Shown in pieces: positions 50,815-62,149 of a stretch of 64,000 nucleotides of DNA (the stretch's first letter is position 1; each line of letters opens with the position of its first letter). The notes under the pieces were generated by a model. It worked only from the letters and a program-made list of their open reading frames with translations, was not told the DNA's origin and searched no databases. The translations under genes and the position numbers were made by a program. The stretch covers positions 23,317-87,316 of the forward strand of contig JANNVQ010000007.1 of NCBI GenBank assembly GCA_031414535.1, read 5' to 3'. The DNA is from Gemmatimonas sp. Its GTDB lineage: Bacteria > Gemmatimonadota > Gemmatimonadetes > Gemmatimonadales > Gemmatimonadaceae.

Positions 50815-53304
50815 TCAGACCTTCGGGGTCGCGGCGTACGTCCGGAACTGCAGCTTCGCCCCGTCCTCCGCGACGTCTACTTCAATCTCGTCGCCGCGGG
50901 TGAAATCGGCGAGCAGAATCCGCTCCGACAGCGGGTCCTCGATATACCGCTGAATGGCCCGCTTGAGCGGCCGAGCGCCATAGCTCTGGTCGTAGCCGTT
51001 CTTCACCAAGAAGTCCGTGGCCGCATCCGTGAGCTTGAGCGTGAGCTCTTCCTCGCTGAGGCGCTTCTGCACTTCCTTCAACAAGATTGACACAATCTGC
51101 GCAATGTGCTCGCGCGAAAGCGGGTGGAACACGATGACATCGTCGAGGCGGTTGAGGAACTCCGGGTTGAACGCGTGCTGGAGTTCTTCCTTCACCTTGT
51201 CCGCCATTCGGTCAAAGTTCTGACCAACCTCCATGGCGCTGAACCCGAGCGTGCGGTTCTTCATGATGTCCTTGGCGCCAACGTTCGACGTCATGATCAC
51301 GACCGTGTTCTTGAAGTCAATCATGCGGCCGTAGTTGTCCGTGAGGTGACCCTCGTCGAGCACCTGCAGCAGGATGTTGAAGACGTCAGGATGCGCCTTC
51401 TCGATTTCGTCGAGCAGGATCACCGAGTACGGCTTGCGGCGCACGGCCTTGGTGAGCGTGCCCGAATCCTCATAGCCCACGTAGCCCGGCGGGGCACCGA
51501 TGAGCCGCGACACGGAGAACTTCTCCATGTACTCGCTCATGTCCACGCGAATCAGCGCCGAGGTGTCGGCAAAGAGGAACTTGGCCAACGAGCGGGCCAA
51601 CTCCGTCTTGCCCACACCAGTCGGGCCGCAAAAGATGAACGAGCCAATCGGACGACGCGGATCCTTCAGGCCCGCGCGGCTCCGGCGGATGGAACGCGCA
51701 ATCGCCTTGATCGCCTCTTCCTGCGCGACCACCGACTCGTGCAGTTCCTCTTCCATGCGAAGCAGGCGCGTCGTTTCCGCCTCCTGCAAACGCGTCACCG
51801 GGATGCCCGTCCAGCGGCCCACGATGAACGCAATCTCTTCCTCGCCAAGCACCGGGCGGAGCGACTGGCGCTTCTGCTCCCATTCTTCTTGGCGCGCACG
51901 GATGTCGGCCTGCAGTTGGCGTTCCGTATCGCGAAGCGCCGCGGCTCGCTCAAAGTTCTGGTCGCGCACGGCGGCATCCTTGTCGCCGTTCACTTCCTCG
52001 AGCTTCGTCTTCAAGTCAGCCACTTCCGGCGGCGGGACCTGCGCAGCCAAGCGCGCACGTGCACCGGCCTCGTCAATCACGTCAATCGCCTTGTCCGGCA
52101 GGAAGCGATCCGTGATGTAGCGCTCCGACAGCTTGGCCGCGATGACCAGCGTCTCGTCGGGAATCGTCACGCGGTGGTGGTCCTCGTACTTCGTACGCAG
52201 GCCCTTCAAAATCTCCACCGTCTCGTCAATCGAAGGCGGATCCACCACGACCGTCTGGAACCGACGCTCGAGGGCTCCGTCCTTCTCGATGTACTTGCGA
52301 TACTCGTTGAGCGTGGACGCACCGACGCATTGCAGCTCGCCGCGTGCGAGCGCCGGCTTGAGCATGTTGCTCGCGTCAATCGCGCCTTCGGCCGCACCGG
52401 CACCGACGAGTGTGTGCAACTCGTCAATGAACAGGATGATCTGCTTGTTCTGCGCGATCTCGTTCATCACGGCCTTCAAACGCTCTTCGAACTGACCGCG
52501 GTACTTGGTCCCGGCAATCACGGCCGCCATGTCCAGCGACAGCACGCGATGGTCGCGAAGCGAGTCCGGGCACTCGTTGTTGGAGATGAGCTGCGCGAGG
52601 CCTTCGACGATGGCCGTCTTGCCCACCCCAGGCTCACCGATGAGCACCGGATTGTTCTTCTTGCGGCGTGAAAGCACTTCCATCACGCGCTCAATTTCCT
52701 TGGCGCGCCCAATCGTTGGATCAAGCTGGCCTTCGGCGGCAAGCGTCGTCAGATCGCGGCAGAAGTGATCCAGTGCCGGCGTCTTCGACTTCTTCTCGCC
52801 CTTCGCGCTCGCCGGCGTGACGGGGGTGCCAGGCGTGCCCGGCGTCCCACCCTGCGGCATTTCCGTTCCCAGCAGACGCAGCGTCTCGGCGCGCGCCGCC
52901 TCGAGGTTCACACCCGCGTCGGTCAGCACCTGGGCCGCGATGCCCTTTTCCTCGCGCAGCAGGCCGAGCAGGAGATGCTCCGTGCCGACGTAGGAATGGT
53001 TGAGCTCACGGGCTTCGCCCATGGCGAGCTCGAGCACTTTCTTCGCGCGCGACGTGTACGGAAGGTCGGGACCGGTGGTCTGGGCAGCTTTGCCCTTCTT
53101 CACCGTCTCCTCAATCTTCTGCTGGACCTCTTCGAGGTCCACGCTGAGGTTTTGGAGTACGGCGGCGGCAACGCCCTCGCCCTCGCGGATGAGCCCGAGC
53201 AAGATGTGCTCAGTCCCCACGTACTCGTGATGGAGGCGCGCCGCTTCCTCGCGGGCCATCGCCAGGACCTTTCGTACTCGTTCCGTGAAGTTGTAGCCGT
53301 TCAT
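50815..53304 (-). CDS. clpC: ATP-dependent Clp protease ATPase ClpC
   Basis: Two Clp-N repeats ([16 protein letters not shown]), [12 protein letters not shown]-domain, GPTGVGKT, ClpP-docking LGF loop. Confidence 0.97.
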   Translation of the reverse strand: MNGYNFTERVRKVLAMAREEAARLHHEYVGTEHILLGLIREGEGVAAAVLQNLSVDLEEVQQKIEETVKKGKAAQTTGPDLPYTSRAKKVLELAMGEARELNHSYVGTEHLLLGLLREEKGIAAQVLTDAGVNLEAARAETLRLLGTEMPQGGTPGTPGTPVTPASAKGEKKSKTPALDHFCRDLTTLAAEGQLDPTIGRAKEIERVMEVLSRRKKNNPVLIGEPGVGKTAIVEGLAQLISNNECPDSLRDHRVLSLDMAAVIAGTKYRGQFEERLKAVMNEIAQNKQIILFIDELHTLVGAGAAEGAIDASNMLKPALARGELQCVGASTLNEYRKYIEKDGALERRFQTVVVDPPSIDETVEILKGLRTKYEDHHRVTIPDETLVIAAKLSERYITDRFLPDKAIDVIDEAGARARLAAQVPPPEVADLKTKLEEVNGDKDAAVRDQNFERAAALRDTERQLQADIRARQEEWEQKRQSLRPVLGEEEIAFIVGRWTGIPVTRLQEAETTRLLRMEEELHESVVAQEEAIKAIARSIRRSRAGLKDPRRPIGSFIFCGPTGVGKTELARSLAKFLFADTSALIRVDMSEYMEKFSVSRLIGAPPGYVGYEDSGTLTKAVRRKPYSVILLDEIEKAHPDVFNILLQVLDEGHLTDNYGRMIDFKNTVVIMTSNVGAKDIMKNRTLGFSAMEVGQNFDRMADKVKEELQHAFNPEFLNRLDDVIVFHPLSREHIAQIVSILLKEVQKRLSEEELTLKLTDAATDFLVKNGYDQSYGARPLKRAIQRYIEDPLSERILLADFTRGDEIEVDVAEDGAKLQFRTYAATPKV

Positions 53305-53335
53305 CCGTTAGCCTCGACGCGGTTTTCCCTGAGGG

Positions 53336-54421
53336 TCAATCAGGGAGGCGTGCTTCATGGGCAAGTATCTGACGCACGTATCGAGCCCGCGCCAGGTTCG
53401 CCTCGCCGTCGGTAAGCATCCGGCCCGCAGTGTGCGAGAGATGCGCCGACTGGCTAAAAATCAGGAGCTTGTTGAGCGTGTAAACACTGAGCCCAGACAC
53501 CAGGTTCATCCCAGCGGCGAGCCGCAACCCACTCAGCAGATTCATTGCTTCCTCCGCCGGCAGGTTCCGCGCATGCCGCAGGATCCCGTACGCGCGCCAA
53601 AGCTTGTCTTCGATAATATAACCCGCGTCTCGCGAGAGAACCCCACGCGCCTCCTCCTCCCGCTCGATCACGCGACGCACTACCCGCACCAGCTGGTCGG
53701 CGAGGTCTTCCTCGCTTCGTCCAAGTGTCGTCTGGTTCGAAATCTGGAAGAGGTTTCCGAGCACATCACTTCCCTCGCCATACAGCCCACGGTACGTGAG
53801 ACCCATGTGCTGCAGGCCCTGCAACACCTTCCCAATCTCCTGCGTCAGCACCAACCCCGGTAAATGAATCAGTACGGACGCCCGCAAGCCGGTTCCCGTG
53901 TTCGTCGGGCACGCCGTCAGGAATCCGAACTCCGAGTGCGCCGCGTAAGGCAGCGCCGCCCCCAGTTCCATGTCCATCACCTCGGCTTGCCGCAGCGCCC
54001 CGAGTACGTCGAACCCAGACCTAAAGACTTGGACCCGCAGATGGTCCTCTTCGTTTACCATGACCCCCGCATCGCCGGTCACGAGCACCCCGGCGGCAGC
54101 GGGCGCTTCGTTGTTCCGGTCGAGGCCCACTAATTCGCGGCTCACCAGATGCCGCTCGTGCAGCACCTGTCGCTCAAGGCGGCTACACTCGTCCACCCGC
54201 ACAAATGCCGCATTGCGCAGGCTCGGCAGGCGTGCGGCCGTCGCCTTGACTTGGTGCAAGACGCGAAGGCGCTCCCCTTCCCGGGCCCGCGTGGGGAAGG
54301 CAAACCCCGCCAAGTTGCGTGCCAAGCGAATCCGCGACGAGAGTACGATACCCGCGTGTTCTCCATTGCCGATGAGCCACTGCAGGCCGCCGTCCGGCAG
54401 CAGCGAGAGATCGAGAGTCAT
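53336..54421 (-). CDS. mcsB: Protein arginine kinase McsB
   Basis: SSRIRLARN, MVNEEDHLR, LTACPTNTGTGLRASV, RGLYGEGS, QISNQTTLG. Confidence 0.95.
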   Translation of the reverse strand: MTLDLSLLPDGGLQWLIGNGEHAGIVLSSRIRLARNLAGFAFPTRAREGERLRVLHQVKATAARLPSLRNAAFVRVDECSRLERQVLHERHLVSRELVGLDRNNEAPAAAGVLVTGDAGVMVNEEDHLRVQVFRSGFDVLGALRQAEVMDMELGAALPYAAHSEFGFLTACPTNTGTGLRASVLIHLPGLVLTQEIGKVLQGLQHMGLTYRGLYGEGSDVLGNLFQISNQTTLGRSEEDLADQLVRVVRRVIEREEEARGVLSRDAGYIIEDKLWRAYGILRHARNLPAEEAMNLLSGLRLAAGMNLVSGLSVYTLNKLLIFSQSAHLSHTAGRMLTDGEANLARARYVRQILAHEARLPD

Positions 54422-54906
54422 TCCAACCCCCGAATCTGGTCGCGCAACGCAGCGGCCTCTTCAAAGGCCTCTCCTTCGATGGCCCGCGACAGGCGCGTGC
54501 GCAACGCTTCGAGAGTGGCCTCTCTCGCGACGACGTCAGGATCGTTCGCTTCGTGCCGCCAGCCCTCGTGCCGCGTGCTACCGTGCACGCGCCGCAATAA
54601 TTCGCGCAGGCTTTGCTCAAACGCGCCATAGCACTGCGCACAGCCCAGACGACCGCTCGCCCGAAAGTCACGTAGCGAGGTGCCGCAGTAGGAGCAGCGC
54701 GCCGCATCACCAGGCATCTGCGCGGCCTGCTGCTGCACGGCCTGCAAGAAGTCGCCGAGCGGATGCTTGGGCGCCGTGGACACGGTCGTCTCGATGCCAC
54801 GCGCCGCCGCGCACTGTTCGCACAGATGGACCTGCGACACCACGGCCTCGACAATCTGCGTCAGGTGCACCACGGCGTCGCGCTCGCGGCAGGTATCACA
54901 CACCAT
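54418..54906 (-). CDS. mcsA: McsA activator (four CxxC motifs + UVR domain)
   Basis: CDTC, CEQC, CSYC, GRLGCAQCY, FEEAAALRDQI. Confidence 0.94.
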   Translation of the reverse strand: MVCDTCRERDAVVHLTQIVEAVVSQVHLCEQCAAARGIETTVSTAPKHPLGDFLQAVQQQAAQMPGDAARCSYCGTSLRDFRASGRLGCAQCYGAFEQSLRELLRRVHGSTRHEGWRHEANDPDVVAREATLEALRTRLSRAIEGEAFEEAAALRDQIRGLE

Positions 54907-55607
54907 CAGACGCCACCGGCCGAGGGCGGCGCGGGAAACAGCCGCCCATCCTCCAGGTGCAGCACCCGCTGCGCTCGCTCCGCAAGCGAACGGTTGTGCG
55001 TCACCACCACGATGCCGAGTCCGGCGTCGGCCGTCAGCGAGGCGAAGAGTTCGTGCAAACGCTCGGCGTTCTGGTGATCCAAGTTGCCCGAGGGTTCATC
55101 GGCCAAGAGCACCGGCGGATGCAAGGCTAAGGCACGCGCCACGGCCGCACGCTGCTGCTCGCCGCCAGAGAGTTCCGATGGGCGATGATGCAGACGCGAA
55201 CCCAAACCCACGCGCTCCAAGAGTTCCGAAGCCCGCGCACGGGCCTCGGCATCTGGCCGCTCTGCAATTCGCATTGGCATCATCACATTCTCCAACGCCG
55301 AGAACTCCTTGAGGAGATGGTGGAACTGAAAGACGAATCCCACTCGCTGGTTGCGAAGTTCCGCCAACGCCTCGTCGCTCGCCCCGGACGTCGTCGTGCC
55401 ACCAAGCTTCACAATGCCAACATCTGGACGCTCCAAGGCCCCGAGCACATGCAGAAAGGTGCTCTTGCCCGATCCGCTCGCGCCCACCACCGCCACCATC
55501 TCGCCGGCCTCGACCGTAAGGTCCACGCCATCGAGCACCTTGATGGTGCTGCCATCGCCACCACGATAGCCCTTGATGACGCCCGTGGCTTCAAGAACGG
55601 GTGTCAT
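54906..55607 (-). CDS. lolD: Lipoprotein-releasing ABC ATPase LolD
   Basis: GASGSGKST, GFVFQFHHLL.EFSALENV, LSGGEQQR, ADEPSGNLD. Confidence 0.9.
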   Translation of the reverse strand: MTPVLEATGVIKGYRGGDGSTIKVLDGVDLTVEAGEMVAVVGASGSGKSTFLHVLGALERPDVGIVKLGGTTTSGASDEALAELRNQRVGFVFQFHHLLKEFSALENVMMPMRIAERPDAEARARASELLERVGLGSRLHHRPSELSGGEQQRAAVARALALHPPVLLADEPSGNLDHQNAERLHELFASLTADAGLGIVVVTHNRSLAERAQRVLHLEDGRLFPAPPSAGGV

Positions 55608-56893
55608 TCGGAGCGGATGGCCTCGATCGGGTACAGGTTGGCCGCTTGACGCGCCGGATGTAACGTGGCCAGAACCGCGACGCCGACGCTCAGCAACACA
55701 ATGAGGCTCACGTCAAACCACTCCAAACGGACCGGGAGGTGGTCGATGAAGTACACCGAGGGATCGAGCGCGATGAGCTTCCAACGCTCCAGCGCGAAAC
55801 CAGTACCGAGCCCCAGCAAGAGTCCCATGCCAGTGCCCACCGCGCCGATGAAGCCCCCCTGCAGCAAGAAGATTCGGCGGATAGACTCGGCGCGCATACC
55901 CATCGCCTTGAGAATCCCAATCTCGCGCGTTTTGTCGCGCACCACCATCGTGAGCGTGCTCACGATGTTGAACGCCGCCACCATGATGATGAGCGCCAAA
56001 ATGACACTCATCCCCAGCTTCTCGAGCTTGAGCGCGCGAAACAGCGAACTGTTCTGCTGCTGCCAATCCTCGGCGCGGTACGGATAGCCCAGTGTGTCCA
56101 CCAGCTGCGAGGCCACATTCGGCGCGACCCAACGATCGGTGGTCTTCACTTCAAGACCTGTGACCGCCGAGTCCAAACCCGCCAAGCGCTGCGCGTACTC
56201 GAGCGGCACGTAGGCGTGGTTGTTGTCGTACTCGTACATCATCGTTTCGAAGGTACCGGTGACTTCAAACACCTGCACGCGGGGCAACGAGCCCAAGCTC
56301 ATGGCGCCCAACGGGCCCATCGAGAGGGCACCGGCAGCTTGGCTCGCCGTCGCGGCGCCGACGGTGAGGATCGTGATCCGCATCCCCGGGTAGGCCCCAA
56401 GCCGATCAGCGAGCAAGCGCCCGAGCACCACACCGTTGTTCAGGCCTTCGGTGGTCTTGAACTGGAATGCGCCAGGTGCCGCATGGTCACGAATCGTCGT
56501 CACCTGCGCGCTACCCGAGTCGCCGGCAATGACGCCCGCGACTGTTACCGCCTCGTGATGCCCACGTCCGGCGGTGGCCAATCCCTGCGTAATCACAAAC
56601 GGTGCGACATCCACCACGTCCGGCATGAGCTTCACCTGCTCCATCGCCTGCTGCCAGCGCTCCATGCGCAGCGCCTCACCGTAGGTGAGCACGCGAATGT
56701 CCGGACTCCCCACGAGAATCTTTTCGCGTAAATCCGTCTGCAGTCCATTCATGACACCCATGATCACGATGAGCGCACTGACGCCAACGGCCACGCCCGC
56801 CACGGCAATCACCGAAATGAATGACAGCAGACGCGACCCGCGACGACTGCGCAGGTAGCGCCAGGCAATGGAGAGCTCGAGACGGCGGGCCAT
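55604..56893 (-). CDS. Lipoprotein-releasing permease (LolC/E family, single copy)
   Basis: IAWRYLRSRR, GVMNG, WQQQN, VAAFNIVSTL, EIGILKAMG, YFIDHLP. Confidence 0.92.
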   Translation of the reverse strand: MARRLELSIAWRYLRSRRGSRLLSFISVIAVAGVAVGVSALIVIMGVMNGLQTDLREKILVGSPDIRVLTYGEALRMERWQQAMEQVKLMPDVVDVAPFVITQGLATAGRGHHEAVTVAGVIAGDSGSAQVTTIRDHAAPGAFQFKTTEGLNNGVVLGRLLADRLGAYPGMRITILTVGAATASQAAGALSMGPLGAMSLGSLPRVQVFEVTGTFETMMYEYDNNHAYVPLEYAQRLAGLDSAVTGLEVKTTDRWVAPNVASQLVDTLGYPYRAEDWQQQNSSLFRALKLEKLGMSVILALIIMVAAFNIVSTLTMVVRDKTREIGILKAMGMRAESIRRIFLLQGGFIGAVGTGMGLLLGLGTGFALERWKLIALDPSVYFIDHLPVRLEWFDVSLIVLLSVGVAVLATLHPARQAANLYPIEAIRSE

Positions 56894-58413
56894 CACTCGG
56901 GCCGCATCAATGGGAACAGAATCACGTCGCGAATATGCGGCGTGTCCGTGAGGTACATGAACAGACGATCAAGCCCGATACCCACGCCACCCATGGGCGG
57001 CATGCCGTATTCCATCGCGCGCAGGTAATCCTCATCCACGCCGCTGGCCTCTTCGTCGCCGGCAGCCTTCAAGCGAGCCTGCGCCTCAAAGCGCCGACGC
57101 TGATCGAGCGGATCGTTGAGTTCGGAGAACGCATTCGCTAACTCTTTGCCCTTGGCAAACAGTTCGAAGCGCTCGGTGAGTCCCGGCTTGGTGCGATGCG
57201 GCTTCGCCAACGGCGAGAGCTCCACGGGATAGTCGAGCACGAAGGTCGGCGTATCGATCTTGCTCTCCACATGGAATTGAAAGAGCTCATCCATGAGCTT
57301 CGGTCGCGAGAGCTTCGGGATGTCGTGCACGCCAGCCTTCTCGGCGGCCGTCGCGAGTTCCGCATCGCTCATCTGCATCGCATCGGCGACGCCGAGCGCC
57401 TTCGACAGAGCCGGCACCCACTCAATGCGCGGAAACGGCAGCACGAAGGTCGGCACCGGGCCCGTCTCCTCACCGTCAATACGCGTGCGCGGCGCGTCGC
57501 CAAGGGTCTCACGCACGGCGGTAGCCGCACGGACAAGCAACTGTTCCACGCGGCCCATCATCACCGTGTAGTCGGCGTAAGCCTCGTAGAACTCCAGCAT
57601 TGTGAATTCCGGATTGTGCGTCCGGTCAATGCCCTCGTTGCGGAAGTCATGGCCAATCTCATAGACGCGGTCAAAACCGCCCACCACGAGCCGCTTGAGG
57701 TAAAGCTCGTCGGCAATGCGCAGGTAGAGCGGCATATCCAACGCGTTGTGATGCGTGTTGAACGGCCGCGCGGAGGCGCCGCCGTACAAGGGCTGCAGCA
57801 CCGGTGTCTCGACCTCGAGGTACTTCAGATCGTCGAGCGCGCGACGAATGGCCGTTGTCATGCGTGAGCGCGCCGCGAAGTGACGCCGAACCTCCGGGTG
57901 CACGGCCAGATCCGCATAGCGCTGACGCGACCGCTGCTCGCCGTCGGCGAACCCGGAATAGCGCACGGTCTTACCATCCACCTGCTCTTCCTTGCCAAAC
58001 GGCAGCGGCCGCAGCGACTTGGCGAGCATGCTCGCCTGGGTCACATGTACCGTGACTTCGCCAGTACGAGTGCGGAAGAGGTAGCCCTCAACGCCAACGA
58101 TGTCGCCGAGGTCAAAGAGTTCAACCGTCGCGAAGGCCTCGGCCAACACGTCCTTCTTGAAGTAGAGCTGGATGCGCCCCGTATCATCGGCCACGTGCGC
58201 GAAGATGGTCTTGCCGTGCCCGCGTAGCGCCACGAGGCGCCCCGCCACCCGCACCGTTGGCCCCTGCTCCGCGTCGCCTACCAGCAAGGGCAAGGCTTCG
58301 CCGCAACCGTGCGAACGGTCGAATGAGTACGCGAACGGGGCAACGCCGAGCTGCTCGAGCTGCTCAAGCTTCTCGCGGCGGGCCCGCAGTACGTGGTTGA
58401 GTTCTTCGCTCAT
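56893..58413 (-). CDS. lysS: Lysine--tRNA ligase (class II)
   Basis: OB fold, [42 protein letters not shown]. Confidence 0.98.
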   Translation of the reverse strand: MSEELNHVLRARREKLEQLEQLGVAPFAYSFDRSHGCGEALPLLVGDAEQGPTVRVAGRLVALRGHGKTIFAHVADDTGRIQLYFKKDVLAEAFATVELFDLGDIVGVEGYLFRTRTGEVTVHVTQASMLAKSLRPLPFGKEEQVDGKTVRYSGFADGEQRSRQRYADLAVHPEVRRHFAARSRMTTAIRRALDDLKYLEVETPVLQPLYGGASARPFNTHHNALDMPLYLRIADELYLKRLVVGGFDRVYEIGHDFRNEGIDRTHNPEFTMLEFYEAYADYTVMMGRVEQLLVRAATAVRETLGDAPRTRIDGEETGPVPTFVLPFPRIEWVPALSKALGVADAMQMSDAELATAAEKAGVHDIPKLSRPKLMDELFQFHVESKIDTPTFVLDYPVELSPLAKPHRTKPGLTERFELFAKGKELANAFSELNDPLDQRRRFEAQARLKAAGDEEASGVDEDYLRAMEYGMPPMGGVGIGLDRLFMYLTDTPHIRDVILFPLMRPE

Positions 58414-58420
58414 CGTCGGC

Positions 58421-59534
<1,114 letters not shown>

Positions 59535-59548
59535 TCGGAGTGCCTGGG

Positions 59549-59594
59549 AAAGAAATAGCGCGAGCCGTGTGCAGCGTGGCGCACACGGCTCGCG
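59549..59594 (-). terminator. 14-bp perfect hairpin followed by CTATTTCTTT upstream of prfB
   Basis: CGCGAGCCGTGTGC-N8-GCACACGGCTCGCG (59559-59594), then an interrupted U-rich run on the minus strand. Confidence 0.5.
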
Positions 59595-59651
59595 ACGACT
59601 CCTCTAAACATAGTTGGCGCAGCGGCGGCATCGTAGCCCTCGCGCTGCGCC

Positions 59652-59700
59652 AACCGAAGGTCATGGAACCGAAGGTCCGCGAACCGAAGGTCCGCGAACC
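59652..59700. repeat. Intergenic 15-bp tandem repeat, ~3.3 copies
   Basis: AACCGAAGGTCATGG / AACCGAAGGTCCGCG / AACCGAAGGTCCGCG / AACC. Confidence 0.9.
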
Positions 59701-59707
59701 AGTTGTC

Positions 59708-61105
59708 CTAGAACATCTTCTGGCCACCGGCCAGCAAGTCGTTCAACGCCTCTTGAAAATGCTGCGTGGAATCCGCGAACTCCTTGCCAATCTGGTCCAC
59801 GTACTCCTCGTAGCTCTTCTTGATTTCTTCCTTGAACAGCGCCTTCAGTGTTCCATCCCGGAGGCCCTGCTCTCGCTTGTCCGGCAAGTACGCGATCATG
59901 TCGGAGACCAACGCGCGTGCCAATCGACGCGCCTTCAGATTCGGGTCGTTCGACAGGAAAGGATTCACCGGCTTGCGTGTCGGGGACCCCGGCGCCGGGG
60001 TCCCCGCCGCCGACGTCGCCGCCGCAGACTTCATGGGCTGGGAAACGCGCGGCGAAGACAGCGGGGACGCAGTCGCTGGCGACAGCGGAGTCAGCGGCCG
60101 CAAGGGCGTGAGCGGTGTCCCCTGCGAGGAGGGCCGAGCCAATGGAGCAGACGGCTTCGCCATCGGCGGTGCCTGAGGCGGCGCCGGCGGGGGCATCATC
60201 GGAGGAGCCACTACCGGAGGAGCCATCACCGGAGGAGCCACTACCGGAGGAGCCATCACCGGAGGAGCCACCATAGGACGCGGCTGTGCCGGCGGCTTTG
60301 GCGGCGCTGGAGCGGCGGCACCCGGCACCGGAGGGGTCATGAGCGGCGGACGCGCCTGCGTAGTACGCGGCGGCACCCCAGGTACCAGCGGACGAGGCGC
60401 TACCGGCGGAATCGCGGCGCCAGGAATCGGGGGCGTCAGCTTTGCGACGGACGAGCGCTGCGGGGGCTCGGGGCGCGGCAGAACGGGTGCTGGCGTGGCC
60501 GAAGCTGCAGGAGTCGCAGCCGTAGGCGCACTGGGCGCGGCTGCCGCTGCAGGCCTTGCAGGCGGCAGCGCAGGCGCCATCGCAGGCCGCGGGGCTGCAG
60601 GTGTCGGGAAACTGGGACCCCGCGGTGCGGCCGGAGCGGCGGGTGGCGTTGCAGCTGGAGGCATCAGAGGAGCGGCGACCGCTGGCGGCATGCGCACCGG
60701 AGAAGGCGCGGGCGCCCTTTCCACTTGTGGTGTAGGCGGAGTGACAGGCCGCGCGACGATCGGTGTCGGCGCAGCCACTGGGGCCAAGGGGGCCAGTGGG
60801 GCAGAAACCGTTGCCTGTGGCGCCGCCGGCTCCCTCGGAGACTCAAAAGCCTCCGGTGCGGCCTCGGCCTCGGACTCGAGTACCGCTCGGTCCGAGTTCG
60901 AAGACCATCCCGAGGTGGCGGCCGCTGGCACCGCGCTGCCTGCGGCTGCCATCGCCGCGACTCCGCCGCCTGCCGCTGCACCCACCGGGGCGCCGATACG
61001 GATGACCGCCCCGCAGACGGAGCAGCGCGCACGCACGCCTGCCGCCGGCACTTTGGACGGGTCCACCCGAAACACCGACTGGCACTCTCCGCACGTCACG
61101 TTCAC
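59708..61105 (-). CDS. MJ0042-type zinc-ribbon protein with long Pro/Ala linker and helical (RomX-like) C-terminal domain
   Basis: MNVTCGECQSVFRVD...RARCSVCG; ~340-aa low-complexity linker; C-terminal KARRLARALVSD...FQEALNDLL. Confidence 0.85.
   Translation of the reverse strand: MNVTCGECQSVFRVDPSKVPAAGVRARCSVCGAVIRIGAPVGAAAGGGVAAMAAAGSAVPAAATSGWSSNSDRAVLESEAEAAPEAFESPREPAAPQATVSAPLAPLAPVAAPTPIVARPVTPPTPQVERAPAPSPVRMPPAVAAPLMPPAATPPAAPAAPRGPSFPTPAAPRPAMAPALPPARPAAAAAPSAPTAATPAASATPAPVLPRPEPPQRSSVAKLTPPIPGAAIPPVAPRPLVPGVPPRTTQARPPLMTPPVPGAAAPAPPKPPAQPRPMVAPPVMAPPVVAPPVMAPPVVAPPMMPPPAPPQAPPMAKPSAPLARPSSQGTPLTPLRPLTPLSPATASPLSSPRVSQPMKSAAATSAAGTPAPGSPTRKPVNPFLSNDPNLKARRLARALVSDMIAYLPDKREQGLRDGTLKALFKEEIKKSYEEYVDQIGKEFADSTQHFQEALNDLLAGGQKMF
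60201..60270 (-). repeat. In-frame 15-bp tandem repeat encoding (V/M)APP(V/M) x5
   Basis: GGAGGAGCCACTACC and GGAGGAGCCATCACC alternate on the + strand. Confidence 0.9.
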
Positions 61106-62094
61106 TGCGTGTCCCCCACGTTGGCCGATCGCTGATTGCCCGCCGGCGTTTCGCCCGCCGGACCGTCACCACGACGATCCACCGAGAACACCGAGCCGAA
61201 CCTGGTCTTCGCGTAGCTCTTCATTTCCGTCGCCAATTCACTCACCTGCCCAGCGTGCGTGAAGATGCGACGCTCATTGGTCACCACACCAATCGAAAGC
61301 GTCATCATCGGAACCTTATGCAGCTGCCCGCGCCTATCCTTTCCAAAATAATAACCCGCGCGCCGATCCTGTTCGGAGTACTGATATGGAATCAGCGTAT
61401 CAAACACTTCCACAATCGTCCCGCACGCCGCGTTCACGTGCTCCACGGGAATGATGGAGATGAAGTCGTCGCCACCGATGTGCCCCACGAAGCCGACCTC
61501 GCCGCAGGTACCCTTCACAATGTCGTGCAGGATGCGCGATAGGATGCGGATGACGCGATCGCCGTCGTAGTAGCTGTAGCGATCGTTGTATTCTTTGAAG
61601 TGATCGAGGTCGGCATAACACACGGCGAAGGCGGAGCCAGCCTCAATGCGCCGTGTCATCTCCAGTTCAATCTCAATCGTTCCGGGCAAGCGCGTGGACG
61701 GATGCACGAATGTGTCACGGTCACTGCGACGCAGCATCGCATCCAATCGCAGGGTGGCCTCGTGATGACCAATGCCCTCGCGAATCACTTCGTCGGCACC
61801 GGCGTCAAACGCTGCGGCAAACGACGCGTCGTCCTCGCGGGTGGCCAAAAGCACCGGCACGATGCCCGTGAACGAATCTTGCTTCAGACGTCGGCACATC
61901 TTGATGGCGGCGACGGGATGCTGGCGCGCGTCAACGAGCACCAGTCGCGGGCGACCGCGAAGTGCCACCTGCATCACCTCATCCGGATCCGAAAATCCGC
62001 GTGTAGGGACGCTACGACTGTCCAGCCACGCCCGAATTGAATCGGGAAGCGGCTGGCCATCGGGAGTGAAGACTAGGGCAGCGCCTTGAGACAC
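61102..62094 (-). CDS. Receiver-like + GGDEF diguanylate cyclase
   Basis: REC-like N-terminus (PRLVLVD, VPVLL, AGADEVI); STRLPG, DLDHFKEYNDRY...GD, GHIGGDDF, TLSIGV. Confidence 0.9.
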   Translation of the reverse strand: MSQGAALVFTPDGQPLPDSIRAWLDSRSVPTRGFSDPDEVMQVALRGRPRLVLVDARQHPVAAIKMCRRLKQDSFTGIVPVLLATREDDASFAAAFDAGADEVIREGIGHHEATLRLDAMLRRSDRDTFVHPSTRLPGTIEIELEMTRRIEAGSAFAVCYADLDHFKEYNDRYSYYDGDRVIRILSRILHDIVKGTCGEVGFVGHIGGDDFISIIPVEHVNAACGTIVEVFDTLIPYQYSEQDRRAGYYFGKDRRGQLHKVPMMTLSIGVVTNERRIFTHAGQVSELATEMKSYAKTRFGSVFSVDRRGDGPAGETPAGNQRSANVGDTQ

Positions 62095-62120
62095 GCGGTC
62101 AGTTTGGGGGTGGACTCGGA

Positions 62121-62149
62121 AACGTAGACCGACTGGCCAGTGGTGTCAA
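62121..62149 (-). promoter_or_regulatory. Sigma70-type promoter upstream of the GGDEF gene
   Basis: Minus strand TTGACA-N17-TACGTT. Confidence 0.7.

Noticed and set aside
46806..52671. Long + strand ORFs (506, 514 and 521 aa) antisense to lpxD/skp, bamA and clpC
   Set aside because: R/H/A-rich antisense shadows with no domain signal.
59652..59700. 15-bp repeats as a possible mini-CRISPR
   Set aside because: Direct tandem units without spacers, too short, and no cas genes.
59540..61135. 531-aa Arg-rich + strand ORF with HHRRSHYRRS repeats
   Set aside because: Antisense reading of the Pro/Ala linker and its 15-bp repeats.
61102..62094. GGDEF protein as a Hypr-type cGAMP synthase
   Set aside because: It retains Asp (YYDGDRVI) at the position where Hypr enzymes have Ser, as recalled; c-di-GMP is the simpler call.
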